Made by a program: the position numbers and the translations under genes
Assembly (NCBI GenBank): GCA_902792115.1
Contig: CADAYJ010000003.1
Location: forward strand, 2,088 to 66,087
Direction of reading: 5' to 3'
Length of the DNA stretch: 64,000 bases
Source of the DNA: an uncultured Ruminococcus sp.
GTDB lineage: Bacteria; Bacillota; Clostridia; Oscillospirales; Acutalibacteraceae
Notes under the pieces: generated by a model
The model's input: only the letters and a program-made list of their open reading frames with translations
Databases searched by the model: none
Told to the model about the DNA's origin: nothing
Shown: positions 18,686 to 27,385 of the stretch, piece after piece
Numbering within the stretch: the stretch's first letter is position 1
Layout: every line of letters starts with the position of its first letter

Positions 18686-19924
18686 ATGATACAGGTAGCA
18701 GTTATGGGGCACGGCGTTGTCGGCGGCGGCGTGACCGAGATTTTGCTGAAGCACGCCGATCAGATCGCAAAAAAAGTCAATGAAGAGGTGTACATCAAGA
18801 AGGTGCTCGATCTGAGGGAATTCCCCGACAGCCCGATCGCCGACCGCTTCACGAAGGACTTTAACGACATTATCTCCGACGACGAGATCTCCGTCGTAGT
18901 CGAGGTCATGGGCGGACTTAACCCTGCATACAGCTTTGTTAAGCAGTGCCTTGAAAAGGGCAAGAGCGTCGTCACCTCAAACAAGGAGCTTGTCGCCGCA
19001 AAGGGCGCGGAGCTTCTCGCGATCGCAAAGGCGAAGAACGTAAACTTCCTCTTTGAGGCAAGCGTCGGCGGCGCGATCCCGATCATTCGTCCGCTGCACC
19101 AGTGCCTTGCGGCGAATGAGATCGAGAAGATCAACGGTATTCTCAACGGAACAACAAACTTTATTCTGAATAAAATGATAAATGACAATATGTCGTTTGA
19201 GGACGCTCTCGCGCTCGCTCAGGAAAAGGGCTACGCGGAGCGCAACCCTGCCGCCGACATTGAAGGTCATGACGCCTGCCGCAAGATCTGCATTCTCGCA
19301 GCTCTCGTGTACGGCACTCACGTATACCCCGAAAGCGTTCACACCGAGGGCATCACGAAGGTAACTCTCAAGGATGTTGAATACGCGAAGGCGTGGGGCG
19401 GCGCTGTAAAGCTCATCGCAAGCGCAAGGAAGAACGGCAGCAGCGTCGAGATCATCACGGCGCCGATGTTCGTCTCCGGCGACTGCCAGCTCTCCAACGT
19501 GGACGGCGTATACAACGAGCTTCTCGTGCGCGGCGATTCCTCCGGCACGATCGGCTTCTACGGCCGCGGCGCAGGAAAGCTCCCGACGGCGAGCGCCGTC
19601 GTAGCTGACGTTATGGACTGTGTGCTTCACAAGGACGTCCGCCGCGACATCATGTGGGAGGACGGCACAGGCGCCAATGTTCTCCCCTACGAGAGCTACG
19701 TAAACGCTATGTACGTTCTCTGCGGCGCAGATGACGCGGCTGCGGCTCTCGCAAAGGCAGACGAGATCTTCGGCAAGTGCGAGAAGATCGAAAAGGACGA
19801 CTCGGAGAGCGGCGAGCTTGCGTTCATCACCCCGGAGCTTGCTTACTCCGAATTCACCGCAAGGTGCGCCGAATTCGGAAAGGCCGCAGACGTAAAGGCG
19901 ACTATGAGAGTGGCTAAGATATGA
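18686..19924 (+). CDS. hom: Homoserine dehydrogenase
   Basis: N-terminal Rossmann fold VAVMGHGVVGGGV, catalytic region NGTTNFILNKM...AQEKGYAE.NP..D, and a C-terminal ACT-like domain. 412 aa. Confidence 0.92.
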   Translation: MIQVAVMGHGVVGGGVTEILLKHADQIAKKVNEEVYIKKVLDLREFPDSPIADRFTKDFNDIISDDEISVVVEVMGGLNPAYSFVKQCLEKGKSVVTSNKELVAAKGAELLAIAKAKNVNFLFEASVGGAIPIIRPLHQCLAANEIEKINGILNGTTNFILNKMINDNMSFEDALALAQEKGYAERNPAADIEGHDACRKICILAALVYGTHVYPESVHTEGITKVTLKDVEYAKAWGGAVKLIASARKNGSSVEIITAPMFVSGDCQLSNVDGVYNELLVRGDSSGTIGFYGRGAGKLPTASAVVADVMDCVLHKDVRRDIMWEDGTGANVLPYESYVNAMYVLCGADDAAAALAKADEIFGKCEKIEKDDSESGELAFITPELAYSEFTARCAEFGKAADVKATMRVAKI

Positions 19925-20817
19925 TAAAAATACGCATTCCCGCGACGAGCGCAAATCTCGGCTCAGGCTTCGACAGCCTCGGCGTTGCGCTTGACCTCTA
20001 CAACTACGTTCACATCGAGGAGGCAGACGATATAGATATCTCCTCTGCCGACGAGATCGAGGTTCCGACGGACGAGAGCAACCTTATATACTGGTCGGCT
20101 CAGCGCCTTTACATGGAATGCGGAAAAACGCTTCCGGGGCTTAAAATCGTCCAGGAGAACAATATACCTATGACGAGAGGGCTTGGCAGCTCGTCGGCGT
20201 GCATCGCCGCAGGGCTGATCGGCGCGAACCGCTTTCTCGGCTCGCCGATGTCCACCCACGATCTCGTAAACCTCGCGTGCAGGATCGAAGGCCACCCCGA
20301 CAACACGACTCCGGCGCTGCTCGGAGGACTTGTGACGGCGGCTATGGAGAACGGGCGCGTATACAGCGTAAGCGTTCCCGTTGCGAAGCACATAAGGTTC
20401 GGCGTGTTTATCCCGCCCTTCGAGCTGAAGACGGAGGTCGCCCGAAAGGCGCTCCCCGACGGATACACGAGAGACGACGCCGTATACAATCTTTCGCGTT
20501 CGTCGCTCATGACGGCGGCTCTGTTCTCGGGCAGCCTCGAAAACCTTCGCGTCGCTGTTCAGGACAGTCTTCACCAGCCGTACAGAAAAAAGTTCATCTC
20601 GGGGCTTGATACGGTCTTCCGCATAAGCTACGAGCTTGGTTCGTACGGCACGTACATCAGCGGTGCAGGCCCGTCGATAATCGCGATCATCGACGACACG
20701 CTCGAGGAGCAGTTCAATAAATTCGCGCTTTCGCACCTGGAAAGCCACGGCGTGGAGGGCTGGCAGTTCCGCACGCTAAAGGCCGACGGAGAGGGCGCAA
20801 AGGTCATTTTGGAATGA
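19921..20817 (+). CDS. thrB: Homoserine kinase
   Basis: PATSANLGSGFDSLG and the GHMP kinase motif PMTRGLGSSSA. Its start overlaps the hom stop (ATGA). Confidence 0.93.
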   Translation: MIKIRIPATSANLGSGFDSLGVALDLYNYVHIEEADDIDISSADEIEVPTDESNLIYWSAQRLYMECGKTLPGLKIVQENNIPMTRGLGSSSACIAAGLIGANRFLGSPMSTHDLVNLACRIEGHPDNTTPALLGGLVTAAMENGRVYSVSVPVAKHIRFGVFIPPFELKTEVARKALPDGYTRDDAVYNLSRSSLMTAALFSGSLENLRVAVQDSLHQPYRKKFISGLDTVFRISYELGSYGTYISGAGPSIIAIIDDTLEEQFNKFALSHLESHGVEGWQFRTLKADGEGAKVILE

Positions 20818-20879
20818 TACAATCAATCAGTTATTCCCCGGACAGTCAAGCGTTGTTCGGTTAAAAAGGAGTTTTGAAA

Positions 20880-22085
20880 ATGGGCTTAATAGTTCAGAAA
20901 TTCGGCGGCAGCTCTGTTGCGAACGCCGAGAGAGTTTTCAACGTAGCGAGCATCGTCACCGATACGTACAAACAGGGCAACGACGTCGTTGTTGTCGTTT
21001 CCGCACAGGGTGACACCACAGACGACCTCATTGAAAAGGCGAACGAGATTAACCCCCACGCCTCCAAGCGTGAGATGGATATGCTCTTAGCCTCCGGCGA
21101 GCAGATCTCGATCTCTCTGCTGGCAATGGCGATCGAAAAGCTCGGCTACCCGGTCGTTTCCCTGCTCGGCTGGCAGGCAGGCTTCCAGACCTCGTCCGCA
21201 TACACAAAGGCAAGGATCAAGCGCGTTATGCCGGAGAGGATCCGCAAGGAGCTTGACAAGAGAAACATCGTCGTTGTCGCAGGCTTCCAGGGGCTGAACA
21301 AGTATGACGACGTTACAACGCTCGGCAGAGGCGGCTCCGACACGAGCGCCGTCGCTATCGCAGCGGCTATGCACGCAGACCTCTGCCAGATCTACACCGA
21401 TGTAAAGGGCGTTTACACGGCAGATCCGCGAAAGGTCGAAAACGCAAAGAAGCTCAGCGAGATATCTTACGACGAGATGCTTGAGCTTGCAACACTCGGA
21501 GCGCAGGTTCTCAACAACCGTTCCGTTGAAATGGCAAAAAAATACAATATTGAATTAGAGGTGCTTTCCAGCTTAGAGAGAGAGCCGGGCACGATCGTTA
21601 AGGAGGCAACAAAAGTGGAAAAAATGTTGATCAGCGGTGTCGCTAAGGATAAAGAGGTAGCAAGAGTATCTATCGTCGGTCTTCCCGACAGACCGGGCCT
21701 TGCATTCAAGGTATTCTCGAAGGTCTCGGCTGCAAATATCAACGTAGACATTATCCTCCAGTCCGTCGGCAGAGACGGCACGAAGGACATCACCTTCACA
21801 GTTGCCAAGGACAACGCAGAGGAGGTCGAGAAGATCCTCAGCGATTACCTCCTTCCGCTCGGCGTTAAGGAAGTCAAGGCAGACACGCACGTTGCGAAGA
21901 TCTCCATCGTAGGCGCAGGCATGGAGAGCCACGCAGGCGTTGCAACAAAGATGTTTGAGGCGCTCTTCGACGCTCAGATCAACATTCAGATGATCTCCAC
22001 GAGCGAGATCAAGGTCTCCGTACTCATCGACGAGGACGACGCAGACAACGCAGTTAAGGCTATCCACCAGAAGTTCTTCGACTGA
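20880..22085 (+). CDS. lysC: Aspartate kinase (monofunctional, two C-terminal ACT domains)
   Basis: LIVQKFGGSSV, TTLGRGGSDTSAV, and tandem ACT repeats (VARVSIVG..., AKISIVGAGM...). ATG at 20880 lies 10 nt after AAAGGAG; the track start at 20874 is TTG. Confidence 0.92.
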   Translation: MGLIVQKFGGSSVANAERVFNVASIVTDTYKQGNDVVVVVSAQGDTTDDLIEKANEINPHASKREMDMLLASGEQISISLLAMAIEKLGYPVVSLLGWQAGFQTSSAYTKARIKRVMPERIRKELDKRNIVVVAGFQGLNKYDDVTTLGRGGSDTSAVAIAAAMHADLCQIYTDVKGVYTADPRKVENAKKLSEISYDEMLELATLGAQVLNNRSVEMAKKYNIELEVLSSLEREPGTIVKEATKVEKMLISGVAKDKEVARVSIVGLPDRPGLAFKVFSKVSAANINVDIILQSVGRDGTKDITFTVAKDNAEEVEKILSDYLLPLGVKEVKADTHVAKISIVGAGMESHAGVATKMFEALFDAQINIQMISTSEIKVSVLIDEDDADNAVKAIHQKFFD

Positions 22086-22108
22086 TACAATCACGACAGA
22101 AAACACGT

Positions 22109-22143
22109 ATCCGGGCAGAGCCTTCCGCTTTGCCCGGATTTTT
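22109..22143 (+). terminator. Intrinsic terminator of the hom-thrB-lysC operon
   Basis: ATCCGGGCA-13 nt loop-TGCCCGGAT + TTTT. Confidence 0.7.
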
Positions 22144-22208
22144 ACTGCTTTATGATTCAAGGCAGCGCGCACAAAGACCGCCTGACATCTTTGCGCCGGA
22201 AGGCAGTA

Positions 22209-22580
22209 TTATCTGTATCTTCCGCAGCCCGTGCAGTACAGCTTTTCGTGCCCGTTAAGCTCGCCGCAGTCGGGGCATATCCACATTCCGTCCTTACGCA
22301 GACGAGCCTTCGCGCCGGTCGTGAACGTATTGTAGTACGAGTGGTACGTATCGGAGCGCGGCACACCGGTCAGCGCGGAGGGCGCTTCAAGATCGGCGCT
22401 TTTCAGAAACGCATTGCTGATACCGGAAAAGGCGCGTATACCCGTTGTCGGGACGGCGGTCGCCGTGACGCTCTTTGAGACGGGCGACGTCACGAGCGTG
22501 CTCTTGTAAAGCTCTCCCCCGCACTTCGCGCAGAAGTTCGCGCGGTCGTCGTTCCACGCGCTGCAATTTTTGCAGACCAT
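22209..22580 (-). CDS. Double zinc-ribbon protein (123 aa), function unknown
   Basis: N-terminal CKNCSAWNDDRANFCAKCG and C-terminal CPDCGELNGHEKLYCTGCG CxxC pairs, separated by a low-complexity linker. Confidence 0.6.
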   Translation of the reverse strand: MVCKNCSAWNDDRANFCAKCGGELYKSTLVTSPVSKSVTATAVPTTGIRAFSGISNAFLKSADLEAPSALTGVPRSDTYHSYYNTFTTGAKARLRKDGMWICPDCGELNGHEKLYCTGCGRYR

Positions 22581-22665
22581 AAACTCAACTTCCTTTCATT
22601 CTTGTATGACACTATTATTGACAATGAAAGGAAAAATATTCGCCCGCAAACGGCGGCAAAGCCTC

Positions 22666-22694
22666 TTGACATCGCGGCGATTTTATGATATTAT
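22666..22694 (+). promoter_or_regulatory. Sigma-A-type promoter of tRNA-Arg
   Basis: TTGACA-17 nt-TATTAT, 16 nt upstream of the tRNA 5' end. Confidence 0.65.
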
Positions 22695-22710
22695 AAAGCA
22701 CGGTGGTCAT

Positions 22711-22787
22711 GCGCCAATAGCTCAGCAGGATAGAGCGTTCGCCTCCTAAGCGAAAGGTCGGGGGTTCGAATCCCTTTTGGCGCGCCA
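22711..22787 (+). tRNA. tRNA-Arg (anticodon CCU), CCA encoded
   Basis: GCGCCAATAGCTCAGCAGGATAGAGCGTTCGCCTCCTAAGCGAAAGGTCGGGGGTTCGAATCCCTTTTGGCGCGCCA. The 7-bp acceptor stem is GCGCCAA/TTGGCGC, the anticodon loop is CT-CCT-AA, and the T-loop is GGTTCGAATCC. Confidence 0.9.
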
Positions 22788-22791
22788 GAAA

Positions 22792-22829
22792 AAGCAGAGT
22801 TCGTTCCTTTTGGCGGACTCTGCTTTTTT
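22792..22829 (+). terminator. Intrinsic terminator after tRNA-Arg
   Basis: AAGCAGAGT-16 nt loop-ACTCTGCTT + TTTT. Confidence 0.75.
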
Positions 22830-23093
22830 GTGATATCGCCGCTTGCGGACACGCCGCCGCAAATGAAGACGCCCCGCAGGATCGCTCCTGCGGGACATTT
22901 TCACGCTTTGATATATACTGAATTTAAGGAACACTCAGAGCTATGGTAAACATATTGAATAATTTCATTCTCTATAATCATCATACTATATCCGCTCGGG
23001 AATTGCAAGTGGTATGCAACAAATTAAAATATGAATTTTTTTAGGTACACAGTAACACATTTGGCAGTTATAGGCATTTTATTCGTTTTAGGA

Positions 23094-24746
23094 TTATAAT
23101 ACATTTCCGTGGACATATTTATTAAACTCATTGTATGCCGCATAAGCCGTCTTGCGTGGAATATTAAAATCCCAGCCGGTCATTTTTGCGTATTTGTCGT
23201 ATATACCGCTGTTGCTGCCGAGCATATTTTTGTCTTCATCTGAGTAGTAATCAGCCCCGAAGTATTCTTTCGCGTCGTTCCACGCGGCTGCGCCGTCGTC
23301 CGGTCTGATACCGGCAAAAACGGGAGCCGCCGTGGCGTCGAGATCACACATTGCGCTGTATCCCATCCATTCGATATCGCCGGCGCGGTAATGATCCAGA
23401 TTGTACTGCGCTGTCAAGCGGTCTGCCGGCAGAAATGACAGCACGATGAGTACGGCTGACGCGAGGCAGTAACCGAGCTTCGTGAAGGACAGCCTGCTTT
23501 TGAACTGCTTGACGATCAGGACGGCAAACATCACGAAAAGATACACCATAAACACGGTCGTCTCAACGCGCTTGGGCGTCATGCCGTAAATCCGGATATA
23601 GAGCAGCATTTTCGCTAGTGCGGTCATGATGAGGCAGTGCGTCAAAAGGCAGAAAATGATGATAAAAACGCGGATCGGAGCGCTGCCGTCCTTCTTCGCG
23701 AAGAACATTATCAGAGATATCACCGCAAGGTTTATCAGGGCGACGGCGCAGAGCTGGAAGAAGCCGCTGCGTGCGTATTCGGCGTATGAGAAATCCGGTT
23801 CGCTGAGAACGCCTGCGTTGAAAACGTGAATGACCTGCAGCGCTGTAAATATCACGTAGAGCAGCGTCAGCGGCGTGAGGAACGCGGCGCACATCGACGC
23901 CGGAAGTATGCGCCGGTCGGGTTGCGGAGCTTTATTTACGATATCCTCGTTTTTCATCTTAACGCTGCGCGAGAACGGGGCGGCAAAGATGTACATTGAA
24001 AGAGGGATCGAAAAGAACATGATGAAGATGTTTGAGACGACGTGATCCTCGATCCAATTTGAGATATCGTCAAGGGATATCGACGAGAAGAGACTGCCGA
24101 ACGCCGCGTCCGCCGAGCCGAGCAGCGCCGCAACTATTACGCAGACGGGAATGCTCATAACGACGCCGAGAATGATCGGAAGCGAGTTTTTCAGATTCTC
24201 GCGCGCGGCGCCTTTTGCGCCCTTCTCCGGCTTTTTGAAAAGCGCGCCGAACAGCGAGCCGAAATTGTAAAGCGGCGAAGAGACGAGCGCTCTGAACGCA
24301 ATATGGATCACACTGCGGCTGCCCTCGCGGTAGCAGGCGTATGAGAAATAAGCGTTTCCGGCGAAAACTGCCGGTGCGGCTATCATTGTGACTGCCGCGT
24401 TGTCACAAAAAAGGAACGCGAGGGAAAGCAGCAGGTTCACAGCAAAGATCACCCGGGTGGTCATGCTGCCGCGCATACCGAGGCGGCGGCAGTAGATGAA
24501 ATTATAGAGCGTTACGCCCAGCGATACGACAGACGCCATCAAGCCCAGACCGCTTCTGTCAAGGCTCTCGATGTATGTCTTTATCACCATGTAGCCGCAG
24601 ACGAGCGCGGCGATCGCGAAAACGCGGTCGGTGTTCGTGTACGTCGGCTTCAGCACGACGTGCGGCAGAGTCTGCTGATACGCCGGCGGCGCAGCGGTCG
24701 GCACGGCAGGCTGCTTTTCAAGTGTAATGCCGTTTTCCCCGTTCAT
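23094..24746 (-). CDS. Large polytopic membrane protein, DUF4153/DUF4173-like (550 aa)
   Basis: About 12 hydrophobic segments. The central YAEYARSGFFQLC motif is one I associate with the DUF4153/DUF4173 family; the family name is from memory and not verified. A soluble C-terminal tail follows. The start overlaps the XRE stop (ATGA). Confidence 0.6.
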   Translation of the reverse strand: MNGENGITLEKQPAVPTAAPPAYQQTLPHVVLKPTYTNTDRVFAIAALVCGYMVIKTYIESLDRSGLGLMASVVSLGVTLYNFIYCRRLGMRGSMTTRVIFAVNLLLSLAFLFCDNAAVTMIAAPAVFAGNAYFSYACYREGSRSVIHIAFRALVSSPLYNFGSLFGALFKKPEKGAKGAARENLKNSLPIILGVVMSIPVCVIVAALLGSADAAFGSLFSSISLDDISNWIEDHVVSNIFIMFFSIPLSMYIFAAPFSRSVKMKNEDIVNKAPQPDRRILPASMCAAFLTPLTLLYVIFTALQVIHVFNAGVLSEPDFSYAEYARSGFFQLCAVALINLAVISLIMFFAKKDGSAPIRVFIIIFCLLTHCLIMTALAKMLLYIRIYGMTPKRVETTVFMVYLFVMFAVLIVKQFKSRLSFTKLGYCLASAVLIVLSFLPADRLTAQYNLDHYRAGDIEWMGYSAMCDLDATAAPVFAGIRPDDGAAAWNDAKEYFGADYYSDEDKNMLGSNSGIYDKYAKMTGWDFNIPRKTAYAAYNEFNKYVHGNVL

Positions 24747-24958
24747 TCTTCATCGTCCTTTCTGTATTCGAGTATGTCTCCCGGCTGGCAGCCAAGCTCC
24801 TCGCAGAGCCGGCAGAGCGTGGAGAAGCGTATCGCCTTTGCCTTGTTGTTTTTCAGGATAGAAAGATTGGCAGGCGTGATGCCGACAGCTTCCGCAAGCT
24901 CGCCGGAGGATATCTTGCGCTTCGCCATCATGACGTCAAGATTTACTATTATTGCCAC
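24743..24958 (-). CDS. XRE-family HTH regulator, YozG-like (about 71 aa)
   Basis: AIIVNLDVMMAKRKISSGELAEAVGITPANLSILKNNKAKAIRFSTLCRLCEELGCQPGDILEY is the characteristic short YozG-type HTH. GTG at 24958 lies 5 nt after GAGGTGA; the track start at 24967 is also possible. Confidence 0.85.
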   Translation of the reverse strand: MAIIVNLDVMMAKRKISSGELAEAVGITPANLSILKNNKAKAIRFSTLCRLCEELGCQPGDILEYRKDDEE

Positions 24959-24968
24959 GGCGCTCACC

Positions 24969-25412
24969 TCACACTGTCAGATCGTTCTCTTCGCGGATCA
25001 CGACGCCCTGCTCGAATACGTTTTTCAGCACCCTGAGCAGCAGCCCTATAAACGCGAAGGCAAGCATTACCACGACTGCAAGGATCCGCCACACAGCCAT
25101 TACAGCGGAAACGGCAGCGATCGCGAAGCAGCAGTACGAGATTACGCGAAGGCATTTCACATTCACGCTGTCGAAAACAACGCCCTTTCTGATGTTTGAA
25201 AGAAGCGTGTTCAAAAGCCAGACGATCGCACCGGCAGGGATCATCGCGATATACACGCAGACAATGAACTGAATAAAGATCGGCTCCTTGTTGGAATATG
25301 TATCGTACCACCTTGCGATGAACGGCACGAGCGGAATACACGCAAACCAGCATACCATTGCAAGACGGTCGATAGCCAATGTGACCATAAGCGATTTTTT
25401 ATAATGCTCCAT
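24969..25412 (-). CDS. DUF2975-like small membrane protein (about 147 aa, 4 TM)
   Basis: Four hydrophobic segments. It sits immediately upstream of a YozG-like HTH, the arrangement typical of DUF2975 genes. ATG at 25412 has a GGAGGTG RBS. The track start at 25451 lies upstream of the predicted -10 element. Confidence 0.6.
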   Translation of the reverse strand: MEHYKKSLMVTLAIDRLAMVCWFACIPLVPFIARWYDTYSNKEPIFIQFIVCVYIAMIPAGAIVWLLNTLLSNIRKGVVFDSVNVKCLRVISYCCFAIAAVSAVMAVWRILAVVVMLAFAFIGLLLRVLKNVFEQGVVIREENDLTV

Positions 25413-25441
25413 AAAAAGCACCTCCGTGATAAGCTGGTAAC

Positions 25442-25470
25442 AGTATATCACGGAGGTTATTATTTGTCAA
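25442..25470 (-). promoter_or_regulatory. Sigma-A-type promoter of the DUF2975-XRE-DUF4153 operon
   Basis: Minus strand TTGACA-17 nt-TATACT. Confidence 0.55.
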
Positions 25471-25525
25471 TATAAATTTATCGTTTTTCGATAAAAAATT
25501 TTTGTTTATCGAGATCAGGCATGAA

Positions 25526-26476
25526 TCACTGTTCTCCTGCAAGCTCCACGAGCTTGTTTAGCCTGTGGTTCAGCCCCGACTTGCTGATCGGCACCGGGCT
25601 GAGAGAAACAAGCTCCTTGAGCGACGCGATCGGGTGATCGCGCCTAAGAGCCGCTGCCGCCTGAAGCTCGCCGCTGAGGTCGGTCAGAACGCCGTTTTCT
25701 TCGAGCGTCCTTATTGCGCGGACCTGCTTTGCTGCGGCGGAGACGGTCTTGTCCGTATTGGCGATCTGAGAATTGATCTTCCTGTTCATGGAGTTTTCGC
25801 GGCTTTTCTCGATCTTCACCTGCATAATGCTCATTGAGGCGCTGCCGGCTCCCATGAGCGTCAAAAGGTCGGCGATATCGTCGCTGTCCTTTAAATACAC
25901 AAAGTATGAACCGCGTCGTGATATCACCCTCGGCTGCGCGGCGCGTCCGCCTGCAAGCTCCATCGTCTCCTTTATCACGCGGCAGAGGTCGTCGGAGAGG
26001 TTTTTATGCACCGTGTTGAATTCGAGACGGTATTCCGACTCAGGCGAAGAGATCGTTCCGCACGTCAGGAAGGCGCCTCTGAGGAAAGCCGCGGCGCACG
26101 GCTCAAATTCTATATTTCCCATATTCACGCGCAGCGAGGGCGCAGAAGCGTCATGGCCGAACTGAGCGAATATGCGAGCGCAGTCATCAGAGGAGGGCAC
26201 GAACGCCTTGTATATAGCGCCGCCCGTTTTGCGCGCCGTCAGAGTTTTTTGCAGCTCGACGACAGCGCCCGTCGTCCGCGCCGTAACGTCTGCGAAGCGC
26301 TCGGCAGCGCTGCCGCTCTCCGTCCTCATTGAGATCTCCGAGGGAGAAAAACGGCGGCAGAAAAGCAGAAGCCCGTACGCCTCCGAGCGCTCGATCTCCT
26401 TCATCTTGACGCTTACTCTGCAAAGCTCCTTTTTAACGTCGGAACTGAACGACACGGCAGCCGCCTCCCTTCTCAT
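25526..26476 (-). CDS. whiA: DNA-binding protein WhiA
   Basis: FSSDVKKEL start motif, LAGLIDADG-like middle region, and a C-terminal HTH (ISKSGLNHRLNKLVELA). 316 aa. Confidence 0.92.
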   Translation of the reverse strand: MRREAAAVSFSSDVKKELCRVSVKMKEIERSEAYGLLLFCRRFSPSEISMRTESGSAAERFADVTARTTGAVVELQKTLTARKTGGAIYKAFVPSSDDCARIFAQFGHDASAPSLRVNMGNIEFEPCAAAFLRGAFLTCGTISSPESEYRLEFNTVHKNLSDDLCRVIKETMELAGGRAAQPRVISRRGSYFVYLKDSDDIADLLTLMGAGSASMSIMQVKIEKSRENSMNRKINSQIANTDKTVSAAAKQVRAIRTLEENGVLTDLSGELQAAAALRRDHPIASLKELVSLSPVPISKSGLNHRLNKLVELAGEQ

Positions 26477-26489
26477 TCATATTGCCGCT

Positions 26490-27356
26490 TTATACCTTTG
26501 TGATATCGCGGTGGTGAACGCTCACCTTGTTGTTGTTCTCGAAGAGGTGGCTGTAAAGCGCCTGCGTTAATGTGACGCTGCGGTGCTTACCTCCGGTGCA
26601 GCCGATCGCAATAAGGAGCTGGCTCTTGCCCTCGCTCTTGTAGAGAGGCAGCGTGTAGTCAACGTACTCGATTATCCTGTCGAGAACGCCCTGAGACTGG
26701 TGCCACTTCATCACATAGTCGCGCACCGGCTCGTCGAGACCTGTCTTGTATTTAAGCTCCTCAACGTAGAACGGGTTAGGCAGGCAGCGAACGTCAAACA
26801 TGATGTCTGCCTCCGTCGGAACGCCGTACTTGAAGCCGAACGACATACACGACACGGAGAGCGACGAGATCTCGCCGCCGATAAAGAGCGTCGCTACGCG
26901 CTCCTTTAACTGAGCGGAGGAGAGAAACGTCGTGTCGATCAGATAATCGGACGTCATTTTCAGCTTTGCGAAAAGCTCACGCTCGATCTTTACCGCCTCT
27001 TCAATCGTATACAGCGTTGAATCGGGAAAGAGCGGGTGCTTGCGGCGCGTTGCGCGGAAACGGCGAAGGATAACGTCGTTCGCGGCGTCAAGGAAAAGAA
27101 TCTTGTACTCTCTGTTCTCGCGGCGCAGCTTGTTTATCGCCGCTTCAAACTCCGAGAAGGTGTTGCCCATTCGTACGTCGAGCACGACGGCGGCGCGCTT
27201 CATTCGCTCGTCCGCAGACTTCTCGCAAAGCTCGTAAAACGTCGAGAGCAGCGCCGGGGGGATATTATCGACACAGTAAAAGCCGATATCCTCCAGCGCG
27301 TGGAGCGCCGAGGTCTTGCCGGCGCCCGAGATACCTGTTACGATCACAAATTCCAT
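26490..27356 (-). CDS. rapZ: RNase adapter protein RapZ (YvcJ)
   Basis: MEFVIVTGISGAGKTSALHALEDIGFYCVDNIP (Walker A) and the C-terminal IGCTGGKHRSV motif. Confidence 0.93.
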   Translation of the reverse strand: MEFVIVTGISGAGKTSALHALEDIGFYCVDNIPPALLSTFYELCEKSADERMKRAAVVLDVRMGNTFSEFEAAINKLRRENREYKILFLDAANDVILRRFRATRRKHPLFPDSTLYTIEEAVKIERELFAKLKMTSDYLIDTTFLSSAQLKERVATLFIGGEISSLSVSCMSFGFKYGVPTEADIMFDVRCLPNPFYVEELKYKTGLDEPVRDYVMKWHQSQGVLDRIIEYVDYTLPLYKSEGKSQLLIAIGCTGGKHRSVTLTQALYSHLFENNNKVSVHHRDITKV

Positions 27357-27385
27357 ACAAACAACCTACTTCCGAATTATTCTTT

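Noticed and set aside
22746-22934. 62-aa minus-strand ORF.
   Set aside because: It overlaps tRNA-Arg and its terminator on the opposite strand, so it is an artefact.
22788-23093. AT-rich gap next to tRNA-Arg as a possible integration site of a mobile element.
   Set aside because: There is no integrase, recombinase, transposase or phage gene. I could find no direct repeat of the tRNA 3' end nearby. Only the uncharacterised three-gene operon follows.
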